Shown here piece after piece: positions 8,328 through 18,133 of a stretch of DNA of 64,000 nt. The stretch lies in NCBI GenBank assembly GCA_964385685.1, contig CAYLQD010000002.1, positions 20,704 through 84,703 of the forward strand. The letters are read 5' to 3'. The translations under genes and the position numbers were made by a program. Source of the DNA: an uncultured Planctomycetota bacterium. Lineage in GTDB: Bacteria; Planctomycetota; PUPC01. Numbering within the stretch: position 1 is the first letter of the stretch; the number at the start of each line of letters is the position of its first letter. The notes under the pieces were generated by a model. It did not search any database and was not told the DNA's origin. It was given only the letters and a program-made list of their open reading frames with translations.

Positions 8328-9838
8328 TCACGACACACTTCTCCGACAGCCAATTGATGCGGGCAGGCGTTCTGGCGGCAGCCGCTGCCGTCGCCCTGCT
8401 GCTGGCCGGGCCTGCGGCGGCCCAGGATGCGCCGGCACCGGTGGACCCGGTTGCTCCGCCGACGCCCCCGCCGGCTCCCCCGGGCGATGACGCTCCGGTG
8501 GCAGGAGGCAATGATGCCGCCGCGAACGACAATACCCCGGCCGCGCTGGACGGGGCGCGCAACGTCACGATCTCGACCCGCAACATGGACCTCGTGGCGT
8601 TCCTCGAACTGCTCTCCGTCAGCTACAAGCTGAACATCGTCTCGCCCAAGGACATCACGGGCAAGGTCTCGGTGAACTTCTACGACGTGCCGCCGCTGGA
8701 CGCGCTCGCCGCGGTGCTCGAAGCCAACGGCTATCAGTACGTGCTCAGCAAGACGGCCGGCCGGCCCATCGTTCGAATCCAGGCGATCCCGAAGATCGAG
8801 GGCGAGGTCCCCGTCATCATGCGGACGTTCGTGCTCAGCTATGCGTCGGCTGAGGACGTGAACAAAGCGGCCGCGTCGCTCCTGAGCAAGAACGGGACGA
8901 TCACCGTCGCGGGCGGCCGCAACGCCTTCGTCGTCCAGGACCTTGCGGAGCGCGTCGAGCGCATCGTCGAGTTGGTGGCGGTGCTCGACGAGGCGCCGAA
9001 GCAGGTGATGATCGACGCCAAGCTGGTCGAACTCAGTGAGACCGACCTCGAAGAACTGGGCTTCAACTGGTCGATGTTTCAGAGCATGAATATTGCCGAC
9101 ATCACGGCGGAGGCGTCGTATGCGCGGGCGGCAACCTGGACGGACACGAAAATCACCGGCGTGCCGGACGCGGACACGCGCAACATCGTCACGACGACGG
9201 GCACGAACGTGGACCTGCGAGCCGGCATCCTGGCCGAGAACAACGCCCAGCTCATCCTCGACTTCTTCGACACGATGACGAACAGCCGCATTGTGTCGCG
9301 GCCCAGCATCCGGACGGTCGACAACAAGCCGGCCCATATCCTCTCCGGCCAGGTCGTTCCGATTCCGCTCTACGACTTCGCGAAGGATACGGGCGTCCGA
9401 ACGCTCAGCGGCTTCCAGGACGAGCAGGTCGGCGTCGAACTGACGGTCACGCCGCACATCAACAAAGACGGCTACATCACGCTCGACGTGATTCCCAAGG
9501 TCGAGACCATCGACCGGTTCATCACCGTCGACGGCGACGAGCAGCGCCCGGTCACAAACACCCGTCTGGCCGAGACGACCATTCGCATCAAGGACGGAAA
9601 CACGGCCGTCATCGGCGGGCTGACGCAGGCCAGCACGACGATCACGCGAACGGGCCTGCCCGGCCTCATGAACCTCCCCTTGATCGGCTGGTTCTTCAGC
9701 AACAAAACGACCGACATGGTCAACAGCGAACTCATCATCTTCCTGACGCCCCGGATCGTGGATACCGAGGAGGAGCCGATGAGCGGCGGCCAGAGGAAGC
9801 TCCACGAGGAGACCGAGGAGAGGCCGCTCCTCAAATAG
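8309..9838 (+). CDS. Secretin (GspD/PilQ family outer-membrane channel)
   Basis: Signal peptide 'MRAGVLAAAAAVALLLAGPAAAQ'. Secretin C-domain motifs 'NAFVVQDLAERVERIVELVAVLD', 'SRPSIRTVDNKPAHI', 'AVIGGL', 'LIIFLTPRIV'. Confidence 0.85.
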   Translation: METTEMITTHFSDSQLMRAGVLAAAAAVALLLAGPAAAQDAPAPVDPVAPPTPPPAPPGDDAPVAGGNDAAANDNTPAALDGARNVTISTRNMDLVAFLELLSVSYKLNIVSPKDITGKVSVNFYDVPPLDALAAVLEANGYQYVLSKTAGRPIVRIQAIPKIEGEVPVIMRTFVLSYASAEDVNKAAASLLSKNGTITVAGGRNAFVVQDLAERVERIVELVAVLDEAPKQVMIDAKLVELSETDLEELGFNWSMFQSMNIADITAEASYARAATWTDTKITGVPDADTRNIVTTTGTNVDLRAGILAENNAQLILDFFDTMTNSRIVSRPSIRTVDNKPAHILSGQVVPIPLYDFAKDTGVRTLSGFQDEQVGVELTVTPHINKDGYITLDVIPKVETIDRFITVDGDEQRPVTNTRLAETTIRIKDGNTAVIGGLTQASTTITRTGLPGLMNLPLIGWFFSNKTTDMVNSELIIFLTPRIVDTEEEPMSGGQRKLHEETEERPLLK

Positions 9839-9890
9839 GCGACCCGTCCGCACCGTTCGCACAGCTCCGCCCTGCCCCGCCCGCCTCAAC

Positions 9891-9920
9891 TTGACACGGC
9901 GCGCGCCGATGGACTAGAAT
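9891..9920 (+). promoter_or_regulatory. Sigma70-like promoter TTGACA-18-TAGAAT upstream of rnpA
   Basis: TTGACA at 9891-9896 and TAGAAT at 9915-9920, read directly. Confidence 0.45.
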
Positions 9921-9927
9921 GCGCTCG

Positions 9928-10299
9928 ATGGAGCGTCCGGCCCGCCACACCCTGTCGCAAGAGGAACGACTGCGCGCTCGCGCCGATTTCCGTCGATGCA
10001 TCCAGGGTGGAGCGAGGTCGGCCGGCAGGTCGGTCGTCGTGTGTGTGTCGCCGAACGGATTGGGACGGACGCGCCTCGGCGCCGCATCCACACGCCGGCT
10101 CGGCAACGCCGTCCAGCGCAACCGGCAGAAACGGCTCGTTCGGGAGGCCTTCCGCCTGACCAAGCACGAGCTGCCGCAGGGACTGGACATCGTCGTCCTG
10201 CCCAAAGTGCCCTGGCGGGACCCGACGCTCGACGAACTCAAGACCGAGCTGCTGGAGAACGCACAGCGCGCGGCGTCGAAATTGCCGGAGGAGGCATGA
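9928..10299 (+). CDS. rnpA: Ribonuclease P protein component
   Basis: '[18 protein letters not shown]' RnpA signature. The track ORF starts at 9919, but that ATG overlaps the -10 box, so ATG 9928 is more likely. Confidence 0.8.
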   Translation: MERPARHTLSQEERLRARADFRRCIQGGARSAGRSVVVCVSPNGLGRTRLGAASTRRLGNAVQRNRQKRLVREAFRLTKHELPQGLDIVVLPKVPWRDPTLDELKTELLENAQRAASKLPEEA

Positions 10300-10598
10300 C
10301 GGAGGTGACGGCGGAACATCTGAATGAGCCGAACGGCGGCCCCGGCAAAGCCGAAAGGGGCGGCAGGCCGCGGGGCCTGACCGCTTTCCCCCGGCACGCG
10401 TTGATCGGCCTCGTCCGCGTCTACCAGTGGACACTCGGCGTCGTCCTGCCGAACTCCTGCCGCTTCAGCCCGACGTGCTCGCAGTACTTCATCGAAGCCG
10501 TTCGCAAGCACGGAGCGATCAAGGGCGCCTGGCTCGGCGTCCGCCGAATCCTGCGATGCCATCCGTATCACAAAGGCGGTCATGACCCGGTTCCCTGA
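10296..10598 (+). CDS. yidD: Membrane protein insertion efficiency factor YidD
   Basis: '[44 protein letters not shown]' matches the YidD haemolytic-domain motif. ATGA overlap with rnpA. Confidence 0.8.
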   Translation: MTEVTAEHLNEPNGGPGKAERGGRPRGLTAFPRHALIGLVRVYQWTLGVVLPNSCRFSPTCSQYFIEAVRKHGAIKGAWLGVRRILRCHPYHKGGHDPVP

Positions 10599-11877
10599 CG
10601 AGGAGACTCCGATGCCCATCGAAGGCAACTGCATCGTCGCACAGTCCGGCGGCCCGACGGCCGTCATCAACGCGAGCGCCTGCGGCGTCATCCAGGAGGC
10701 GGTGAAGACCGACTGTTTCACCGGCGTCTTCGCGGCTCACAACGGCATCCTCGGCGTCCTCGAAGAAGACATCTTCGACCTCGGTCAGGAGGACCCCGAG
10801 CAGATCGACGCGCTCAAGCGCTCGCCCTCCTCTGCCCTCGGGAGCTGCCGCTATAAGCTGAAAGGCCTCGACACGAACCGAGCCGACTATGAGCGCGTGC
10901 TCGAGGTCTTCCGGGCGCACGACATCCACACCTTCTTCTACATCGGCGGCAACGACTCGATGGACACGGCCCACAAGCTGAGCTTGCTCGCGGCCGAGAT
11001 CGACTACCCGCTCACCGTGATGGGCGTGCCGAAGACGATCGACAACGACCTCGCCTGCACCGACCACTGCCCCGGCTACGGGAGCGTCGCGAAATACAAC
11101 GCGACCATCACGATGGAGGCGGGCCGCGACACCGAAGCCCTCTACACGCACGACACCGCCTGTGTGATGGAGGTGATGGGCCGCAACGCCGGCTGGATCG
11201 CGGCCGCGATGGGCGTCGCACACCGCTCGCCGGAGGACGCTCCGCACCTCATCTACCTGCCCGAGATCCCGTTCAGCATCGAGCGGTTCGCCGCCGACTG
11301 CAAGAAGGTCCACGCGGAGCTGGGGCGTGTGTTCGTCATCGCGGGCGAGGGCATCAACGACGGCCGGGGCAACTACGTCGCCGAGCAGAAGGGCGACTTC
11401 GCCAAGGACGCGTTCGGCCACACGCAGCTCGGGGGCGTCGCCGAGACACTCAAGAGCATCATCCAGGACGAGGTCGGCATCAAGAGCCGCTACGTCAAGT
11501 GCGGGATCGCCCAGCGGAACGGGATGCACTTCGCCAGCCGGACCGACCGCGACGAAGCATATCTCGTCGGGCAGCGGGCCGTGCAGCACGCCGCCGAGGG
11601 CACGAGCGGACTCATGGTGACGCTCGAGCGGAAGTCGAGCGATCCCTACGTGTGCGAGACGGGGCTCGCGCCGCTCGAAGAAGTCGCCAACGGCGAGAAG
11701 AAGGTCCCGCGCGAGTTCATCAATGAGGAGGGGAACGGCGTCACGCAGGCGATGATCGACTACGTCGCGCCGCTGATGCAGGGCGAGGTCGAGATCAAGG
11801 TCGCGCCCGATGGCCTGCCCGAGTACGCTCGCTTCGAGCGGCACAATCTCAAGCAGAGGACGGCGCCCAGGACATAG
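10582..11877 (+). CDS. pfk: 6-phosphofructokinase (ATP- or PPi-dependent PFK family)
   Basis: '[10 protein letters not shown]', '[12 protein letters not shown]', 'MGRNAGWIA', 'PKTIDNDL' PFK motifs. Start may be the ATG at 10612 (MPIEGN). Confidence 0.8.
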   Translation: MTRFPDEETPMPIEGNCIVAQSGGPTAVINASACGVIQEAVKTDCFTGVFAAHNGILGVLEEDIFDLGQEDPEQIDALKRSPSSALGSCRYKLKGLDTNRADYERVLEVFRAHDIHTFFYIGGNDSMDTAHKLSLLAAEIDYPLTVMGVPKTIDNDLACTDHCPGYGSVAKYNATITMEAGRDTEALYTHDTACVMEVMGRNAGWIAAAMGVAHRSPEDAPHLIYLPEIPFSIERFAADCKKVHAELGRVFVIAGEGINDGRGNYVAEQKGDFAKDAFGHTQLGGVAETLKSIIQDEVGIKSRYVKCGIAQRNGMHFASRTDRDEAYLVGQRAVQHAAEGTSGLMVTLERKSSDPYVCETGLAPLEEVANGEKKVPREFINEEGNGVTQAMIDYVAPLMQGEVEIKVAPDGLPEYARFERHNLKQRTAPRT

Positions 11878-12036
11878 CCGAGCCGGGGTATGAAGCCCCG
11901 CCCACCCACGCGGCATAGGCCGAAATCAAACTGGCGCCCGCCGATTGTGCCGAATAGAATATTCCGTCGTGTGGCGCATCTACGAAAGCGCCACCTTCGT
12001 TCGCGGGATACCGGGCAAGGAGCGGAGGAGCGCGGC

Positions 12037-12267
12037 ATGTCGGAGAATCGAACGGGCGCCGGCATCACGGTGCCCCAAGCGGCCATCATCGTCGGTATCG
12101 TGCTTCTGCTCGTCTGTCTGACCACCCCGTTCTATTGCGCCGCCAAGATCACTTGGGTGGTCCAGCTTCTGACGCGTGGATGGGGAGGCATGCTGCTGAT
12201 TCTCGGGGGGCTGGGGATCTGGCAAGAACGCCTCCGCCGACGCATGCTCGTAGAGGGCGAGGGCTAG
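12037..12267 (+). CDS. Small two-TM membrane protein (hypothetical)
   Basis: AGGAGCGGAGGAG RBS then ATG 12037. 'GITVPQAAIIVGIVLLLVCLTT..WVVQLLTRGWGGMLLILGGLGIW'. Confidence 0.3.
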   Translation: MSENRTGAGITVPQAAIIVGIVLLLVCLTTPFYCAAKITWVVQLLTRGWGGMLLILGGLGIWQERLRRRMLVEGEG

Positions 12268-12303
12268 GCCGGCGCGGTCGCGAGGCCCCTGCTCCGCCGG
12301 ACC

Positions 12304-13497
12304 TCATTCCACTCTCGGTTCCGTTGCCTGGAAATAGTCGCGGACGAGGCGCGCGCGGTGCCGGGGAACGGCGCCCGTCGTGATCTGCCTTTCGGCGGCG
12401 CGGGCCGCAGCGTCGTAGGTGCGCCAGCCGTCGGCCGGGGGCGTCTGGCTGTCGCGCGGGAGATACAGGATGCCGGTCGCGGGTTCGCCCGAGTCGGCCG
12501 GCCGCCGCGCCGACGCGGCCACTTCAACGAGGTCCTCATCCGGCTCGGCGGCCCCTTCAATGGCTGGCCGTGCGGTGTCGGCGGCGCCCGCCATAAGCTC
12601 GGCCCGTGTGCGCGCGGCGATCCGCCCGGCGTATTCGTCTTGAAACTCGTGCTCCTTCAGCGCCGCATCAATCCGGTCAAGCTCGGCCTGCGTCGCACGG
12701 AGCAGAGCCACCGCGTTTTCGTCGGGATTCGCGAGCGTGTCGGCCGCGGCCTGGATGGCGCGCGTCAACTTCGCGTCGGCGCCCTCCTTCGCCATCTGCG
12801 CGGCCAGCGCCCGAAGCTTGTCGCTCAACTCGATTCGCCGCGCCCCATCGAGCGAGCCGTCGGCGAGCGCCTTTTCGACGTTGACCAGAGCGACACGCAG
12901 GGCGCCGACCCCACCCGACGCATCAGCGGCGGGCGTCGGCAGATCGGCGCCGGCCAGGATCCCCGCCGTCCGCTCTGCGTCGACCTGGACCGCCACCTGC
13001 CTGGCGACCGAGCGCTCCATTCGCCCGAGCAGGTCGAGCGGCGGGACGAACCAGACCGCAGCGAGGATGATGGCGGCCGGCGCGAGCAGCCGCATCGGCC
13101 AGGTGGCCGTCAGCGGGAAGACGTCGGCGGGGCGACTCCGCCGCGAGCGTTCGTCGGCGTCCCGTGCAATCGCTTCGGCCCACGCGTCGCGGCCAGCCAG
13201 TTCGACGGCGCTGGCGAGCCGGTCGCTCAGCCCGAGCCGGCGGTCGGCCTCGGCGGCTGCCCGGAGCCGGCCGATCCGGCCTCGCCAAACGAGCAGAACG
13301 CCGGCAGCGGGCAGCGCCGCCACAAACAACGCACCGACAGCGGCAGGCACATCCAGCGCGAGGAAGATGAGCTTATCGCAGAGGACGACGAAGGTCGCGG
13401 CGACCAGCGCAGCCAGGAGGCACACGGCCGCGAGCCGCGCGAACGCCACTGCACGCAGCCGCCACACGAACCGTCTGATTCTCCCTCGCAGGGCCAT
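12304..13497 (-). CDS. Hypothetical membrane protein
   Basis: 397-aa ORF with N-terminal TM helices and an Ala-rich periplasmic/coiled region. No family recognised. Confidence 0.45.
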   Translation of the reverse strand: MALRGRIRRFVWRLRAVAFARLAAVCLLAALVAATFVVLCDKLIFLALDVPAAVGALFVAALPAAGVLLVWRGRIGRLRAAAEADRRLGLSDRLASAVELAGRDAWAEAIARDADERSRRSRPADVFPLTATWPMRLLAPAAIILAAVWFVPPLDLLGRMERSVARQVAVQVDAERTAGILAGADLPTPAADASGGVGALRVALVNVEKALADGSLDGARRIELSDKLRALAAQMAKEGADAKLTRAIQAAADTLANPDENAVALLRATQAELDRIDAALKEHEFQDEYAGRIAARTRAELMAGAADTARPAIEGAAEPDEDLVEVAASARRPADSGEPATGILYLPRDSQTPPADGWRTYDAAARAAERQITTGAVPRHRARLVRDYFQATEPRVE

Positions 13498-13591
13498 TCA
13501 AATCTCCGAGTCGCCTGATTCTGTAAACGATTCTGCCACGCCGAAGTTCGCAGTCAAGCTTGATTCTGCGGGATCCAGCGGCCGTAACGTC

Positions 13592-13620
13592 TTGCGGCCG
13601 GGGCGCGTGGGCGCTAGAAT
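13592..13620 (+). promoter_or_regulatory. Promoter-like TTGCGG-17-TAGAAT upstream of nifS/iscS
   Basis: Read directly, 59 nt upstream of ATG 13679. Confidence 0.35.
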
Positions 13621-13678
13621 CCATAGTTGAAGGGACGGTTATGACCGGCCCCGGAAGAGAAGATAACGGAGCAATCCG

Positions 13679-14890
13679 ATGCCGCATACAAACGAGACCA
13701 TCTACCTCGACCACGCGGCCACCACGCCCGTGCGGCCCGAGGTCCTCGATGCCATGCTCCCGTTCTTCACGGAGCAGTTCGGCAATCCCTCGACGCTCTA
13801 CTCCGTCGGGTCCGATGCGAGAGCCGCGGTCGAGACGGCCCGCGAGCAGATCGCGGCCCTCATCGGCGCCAGCCCGCGCGAGGTCTACTTCACGAGCGGC
13901 GGGACGGAAGCGGACAACTGGGCCATCCGCGGCGTCGTGGTTCGTGCGAAGGGCCGCCACGTCATTACGTCGAAGATCGAACACCACGCCGTGCTCGAGA
14001 CGTGCCACGACCTCGAACGCGACGGCGTCGAAGTCACGTGGCTCGACGTGGACGGAGACGGCCTCGTCGGCTCGGACGATGTCGCGGCGGCCATCCGCGA
14101 CGACACGGCGCTCGTGACCATCATGCACGCGAACAATGAGGTCGGGACGATCGAGCCGATCGCGGAGATCGCCGCCGTCGCGAGCGCACGCGGCGTGCCG
14201 CTCCACACCGACGCGGTCCAGGCCGTCGGCAAGATCCCCGTCGACGTCGCAACGCTCGGCTGCGGCCTGCTGTCGATCTCCGCGCACAAGATCTACGGGC
14301 CGAAAGGAGTCGGCGTTCTCTACATTCGCAAGGGGACGCGGATCGCGAGGTTCATGCACGGTGGCGAGCAGGAGCACCGCCAGCGATCGGGCACGCTCAA
14401 CGTGCCCGGGATCGTCGGGCTCGGCAAGGCGGCGGAGTTGGCGCGGCTCGACCTCGACGCGGAGCAGGCACGCCTCACCGCCCTCCGCGACCGCCTCATC
14501 GGCGAGATCGAGCGGACCATCCCGGATTCGCTGCTCAGCGGGCCGCCCGACCGACGCCTGCCGAACAACGTCCACTTCTGCTTCAAGGGGATCGAAGGCG
14601 AAGGCATCATCCTGCGGCTCGACCACGCCGGCATCTGCGCTGCGACCGGCTCGGCCTGCACGAGTTCGACGCTCGACCCGTCGCACGTGCTGCTCGCGAT
14701 GGGCCGCCCGCACGAGATCGCGCACGGCTCGCTCCGGCTCACGCTCGGCCGCAGCACGACGGACGCCGACGTCGACCGCGTCCTCGACGTGCTTCCCAAG
14801 ACGATCCAACAACTCCGGGCGATGTCGCCCCTGTACACGCCCGGCGAATGCGACTGCGAAGGCGGCTGTTCGACCAGCGAGAATAACTAG
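13679..14890 (+). CDS. nifS: Cysteine desulfurase (NifS/IscS, class V aminotransferase)
   Basis: 'IYLDHAATTP', 'FTSGGTEADN', 'SAHKIYGPKGVGVLYIR', 'TGSACTS'. Confidence 0.9.
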   Translation: MPHTNETIYLDHAATTPVRPEVLDAMLPFFTEQFGNPSTLYSVGSDARAAVETAREQIAALIGASPREVYFTSGGTEADNWAIRGVVVRAKGRHVITSKIEHHAVLETCHDLERDGVEVTWLDVDGDGLVGSDDVAAAIRDDTALVTIMHANNEVGTIEPIAEIAAVASARGVPLHTDAVQAVGKIPVDVATLGCGLLSISAHKIYGPKGVGVLYIRKGTRIARFMHGGEQEHRQRSGTLNVPGIVGLGKAAELARLDLDAEQARLTALRDRLIGEIERTIPDSLLSGPPDRRLPNNVHFCFKGIEGEGIILRLDHAGICAATGSACTSSTLDPSHVLLAMGRPHEIAHGSLRLTLGRSTTDADVDRVLDVLPKTIQQLRAMSPLYTPGECDCEGGCSTSENN

Positions 14891-14910
14891 GCACTGGCCA
14901 TTGGAGCATT

Positions 14911-15414
14911 GTGATGAGCGAACAATACACCGAAGAGGTGATGAAGCACTTCCTTGAGCCCCATAACGTCGGTCAACTTGAAGCGCCCGACGGCATCGGC
15001 AAGGTCGGCAACCCGGTGTGTGGCGACATCATGGAGATCCAGATCAAGGTCGAGGACGAGCGGATTGTTGATGCGAGATTCCGTACGTTCGGGTGCGGCG
15101 CCGCCATCGCGACGTCGAGCATTCTGACCGATATGGTCAAGGGCAAGACGCTCGTCGAGGCGCTCGAGATCACGAACGAGGATGTGACGCAGGCGCTCGG
15201 CGGCCTGCCCGCGCGGAAGCGTCACTGTTCGGTGCTTGCCGAAGAGGGCCTGCACGCGGCGGTCAAGGACTACCAGGAACGCCGCCAGGGCAGGATCAAG
15301 AGCGGCGACGAACCGGCGAGCCGCTGCTGCCTCGACGAGACCTGCGACCTCTGCAAGCTCATCGCCGAACGCGGCGAGGAGATCGCGAAGAAGCACGAAG
15401 CGGAAGACCATTGA
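14911..15414 (+). CDS. nifU: Fe-S cluster scaffold NifU/IscU-like with C-terminal Cys-rich extension
   Basis: 'VGNPVCGDIMEIQIKVED', 'FGCGAAIATSS', 'HCSVLAEEG'. C-terminus 'CCLDETCDLCKL'. Confidence 0.85.
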   Translation: MMSEQYTEEVMKHFLEPHNVGQLEAPDGIGKVGNPVCGDIMEIQIKVEDERIVDARFRTFGCGAAIATSSILTDMVKGKTLVEALEITNEDVTQALGGLPARKRHCSVLAEEGLHAAVKDYQERRQGRIKSGDEPASRCCLDETCDLCKLIAERGEEIAKKHEAEDH

Positions 15415-15416
15415 GC

Positions 15417-16937
15417 ATGCAAGCCGACGGGACCCTCCTCGGCCTCTGGCGCGCCGCCGTCGCGGACAGCGTCCCGCGTACCTTCGCCATCCACAACGAC
15501 CGCGAGTACACCTACGGCGAGATCGACATCGCGTCGAGCGCTCTGGCGGGAGCGCTGCGCGCGGACATCGGCCTCGAGCCGGGCGAGCGGATCGCCTTCG
15601 TCGTCCCGAACTGCATCGAGTTCGTCATTGCCTATGTCGCGGCGATGAAGGCCGGGCTGACGGCGGTCCCCGTCAACGTGCGCCTGGCAGCCGACGAAAT
15701 GAAGTTCATTCTGTCCGACGCGGGCGCCGCCGCGGTCTTCGTCCACGCCGACACGCGGGGACCGGTCGAGGCCATCCTCGACGGCGTGCCCGACGTGCGC
15801 CGCCGCATCGCCGTTGGGTTCTCATCGGACCTATGCGACTCATACGATGCGTTGGTCCGATCCGCTCCGCTCGCCCACCCGGCCGAGCCGGCCCCTGATG
15901 ACGTCGTCGCCATCATCTACACCTCGGGCACGACGGGCCGCCCGAAGGGCGCGATGATCACGCACGCCAACGTGGCCTTCAACGCGAAGTCGGCCGAACT
16001 CGGCCTCGGCTTCAGGCCCGACGACCGCCACATGCTCGCCGTGCCGCTTTTCCACGTGACCGGGCTCAACACGATCCTGCCCGCGGTGCTCCTGCATCGC
16101 AGCAGCGCCGTCATCACGGCGAGCCCCAGCCCGCTTGAGCAACTTCGCCTCGTCGAGCGGCATGCCGTCACAACCCTCCTCGGCGTTCCGACGCTCTACA
16201 TTATGATGGCCGGGCTCAAGAACATCGCCGAGATGAACCTCGACTCGCTCCGCCTCATCGGCTACAGCGGCGCACCGATGCCGGCCGAGGCGGTCGAGAA
16301 GCTCCGCGATCGCTTCCCCGGCACCGACCTCCACAACTTCTACGGCCTGACGGAGACAACGTCGATCGCTAGCGTGCTGCCCGCGAAGAACGCCCTCTCC
16401 CACGCCGCGTCCATCGGGAAGCCCGTCGACCGGGTCGAGTTCATGATTGCCGGCGACGACGGAAGCGAACTCCCGGCCGACGAGGTCGGCGAGCTGTGCA
16501 TCCGCGGCGGCAATATCTTCAAGGGATACCTCGACCGGCCCGAGGCGACGGCCGAGGCGTTCTTCGGCGACTGGTTCCGGAGCGGCGACCTCGCCCGGAT
16601 GGACGACGGCGGCTTCGTCTTCCTTCAGGGCCGCGCGAAAGAAATGATCATCGTCGGCGCCGAGAACGTCTACCCGGTCGAGGTCGAGAACGTGCTCTGC
16701 TCGCACCCGGCGGTCCGCGAGGCCGCCGTCGTCGGCGTGCCGAGCAAGGTCTTCGGGGAGTTGGTTCGCGCCGTCGTCGTGCTGCGAGAGGGCGCGGAGG
16801 CAGGTGAGTCCGAGATTCGGAAGCACTGCTCGAAGCGGCTGGCCACGTTCAAGGTGCCGCACAAGGTCGACTTCACCGACGCCCTCCCCCGCAACCCCTC
16901 CGGCAAGGTCGTCAAGCGCTGGCTTGCGGACCGATAG
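15417..16937 (+). CDS. AMP-dependent synthetase/ligase (acyl-CoA synthetase family)
   Basis: 'IIYTSGTTGRPKGAMITH' AMP-binding motif, 'YGLTETT'. ATG 15417 lies in frame inside the longer track ORF. Confidence 0.8.
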   Translation: MQADGTLLGLWRAAVADSVPRTFAIHNDREYTYGEIDIASSALAGALRADIGLEPGERIAFVVPNCIEFVIAYVAAMKAGLTAVPVNVRLAADEMKFILSDAGAAAVFVHADTRGPVEAILDGVPDVRRRIAVGFSSDLCDSYDALVRSAPLAHPAEPAPDDVVAIIYTSGTTGRPKGAMITHANVAFNAKSAELGLGFRPDDRHMLAVPLFHVTGLNTILPAVLLHRSSAVITASPSPLEQLRLVERHAVTTLLGVPTLYIMMAGLKNIAEMNLDSLRLIGYSGAPMPAEAVEKLRDRFPGTDLHNFYGLTETTSIASVLPAKNALSHAASIGKPVDRVEFMIAGDDGSELPADEVGELCIRGGNIFKGYLDRPEATAEAFFGDWFRSGDLARMDDGGFVFLQGRAKEMIIVGAENVYPVEVENVLCSHPAVREAAVVGVPSKVFGELVRAVVVLREGAEAGESEIRKHCSKRLATFKVPHKVDFTDALPRNPSGKVVKRWLADR

Positions 16938-16948
16938 GCCGCGTTGAA

Positions 16949-16972
16949 GGCGTCCGGCGGAGAGGGGACGCC
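16949..16972. terminator. Hairpin between convergent genes (GGCGTCC-10-GGACGCC)
   Basis: 7-bp GC stem, located between the acyl-CoA synthetase (+) and the DUF1080 gene (-). Confidence 0.25.
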
Positions 16973-16980
16973 GATCGGAC

Positions 16981-17691
16981 TCAGGGCGCCTTCTTCGCGG
17001 CGGGTGGCGGGCCGAGCTGGAGATTGCGGATCAGGAGCGGGCCGCCGGCCTCGAGGAAGATGCCAAGCCGCCCGTTGGCACGCTGGTCGACCTGCAGAGC
17101 GCCCTTGTCGGGCTCGTCGTTGATTCGGAAACTGACCTTGCCCCCGTCGACCGTGACCCGCATGCGGTTCCATGTGTTCGGCTTGACGCGCACGTCGCGC
17201 ACGGCACGGATCCGGACGCCCGTGCGGCCGTCCTCGAGGAAGCTCTCATACCAGACGCCGTCGAGCACCTTGTAGCCGCGGGACTTCTTGTCGCGCCGCA
17301 ACTGCACGTCGACCACGGTGTCGAATTTCCAAAGCTGCTCGGGCGGAAGGTCTTTGCCGAGCACGAACGTCTGATCGCCGATCTTGACGCGAGTGTCTCG
17401 AAGGGCCTTCCGTCGGCCCTCGCTGAAGACGGTGTCGAGCAGCCGAATCCCCCACGCCAGGTCGCGGCGGTCGAGGAACTCGAACTGAAACTCGGACTCG
17501 GCCCATCGGAAGTCCTTGTTCACGAGCATTCCGCTTCTCAGAATGATCGTGGTGCCCTTGGCCTGGCGGTCGTATTCCAGACTCGGGCCGCCCCAGCCGT
17601 GCCGGTCGAATTTCATCTCGTGGGACTTGCAGCCGACGGCGGTCGCGAGGAGCGCCGCACAGGCCGCCAGCAGGAATACGTGTCGGTTCAT
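16981..17691 (-). CDS. Lipoprotein with DUF1080-type (3-keto-disaccharide hydrolase / LamG-like) domain
   Basis: Signal/lipobox 'FLLAACAALLATAVGC'. 'NTWNRMRVTVDGGKVSFRINDE' is typical of DUF1080. Confidence 0.55.
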   Translation of the reverse strand: MNRHVFLLAACAALLATAVGCKSHEMKFDRHGWGGPSLEYDRQAKGTTIILRSGMLVNKDFRWAESEFQFEFLDRRDLAWGIRLLDTVFSEGRRKALRDTRVKIGDQTFVLGKDLPPEQLWKFDTVVDVQLRRDKKSRGYKVLDGVWYESFLEDGRTGVRIRAVRDVRVKPNTWNRMRVTVDGGKVSFRINDEPDKGALQVDQRANGRLGIFLEAGGPLLIRNLQLGPPPAAKKAP

Positions 17692-17759
17692 CGGTCTCTC
17701 CCTGTGAATCAGAACACGAACCACCCGATTCTACGGTGGGCGCGATGCCCGAACAAGCA

Positions 17760-18060
17760 CGATTTCGCCTGGCCCGCCCCCACTTGCCGCCGCCGTTCAG
17801 GCCCGTTCACGGGCCTTTGCGAGGAGCTTTAGCTCCGAGTCCAGGCCCGGCCTTTGAGGCCGGGTGAGGCGGACGGGCGCTTCCCTGCGGCCAAAGCCCC
17901 GTTCACGGGGCTTTTCCGGCATCACGGGGTAGCGGCTTGAGCCCGTCGGGGAAGCCCCGTGAACGGGGCTGCATCGGGGGGGGACGGCCCCACGTGCGAC
18001 CCCCGCTCAAAGCGGGGGCCTGGACTCGGCCCTGAAGGGCCTCGCGAAGCGGCGTGAACG
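17760..18060. repeat. Cluster of at least 6 consecutive GC-rich short hairpins plus a long-range inverted repeat (CCGAGTCCAGGCC ... GGCCTGGACTCGG)
   Basis: Read directly: ggcccgTTCAcgggcc, agccccgTTCAcggggct, agccccgTGAAcggggct, cccccgcTCAAAgcggggg. 17806-17818 is the reverse complement of 18019-18031. Confidence 0.6.
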
Positions 18061-18133
18061 CCGCTGAAACAATGGTTCACGAAAATGAGGGCGGGTCAGC
18101 ATTTCGCCCCGCACGGGCACGCGCGACTAACCT

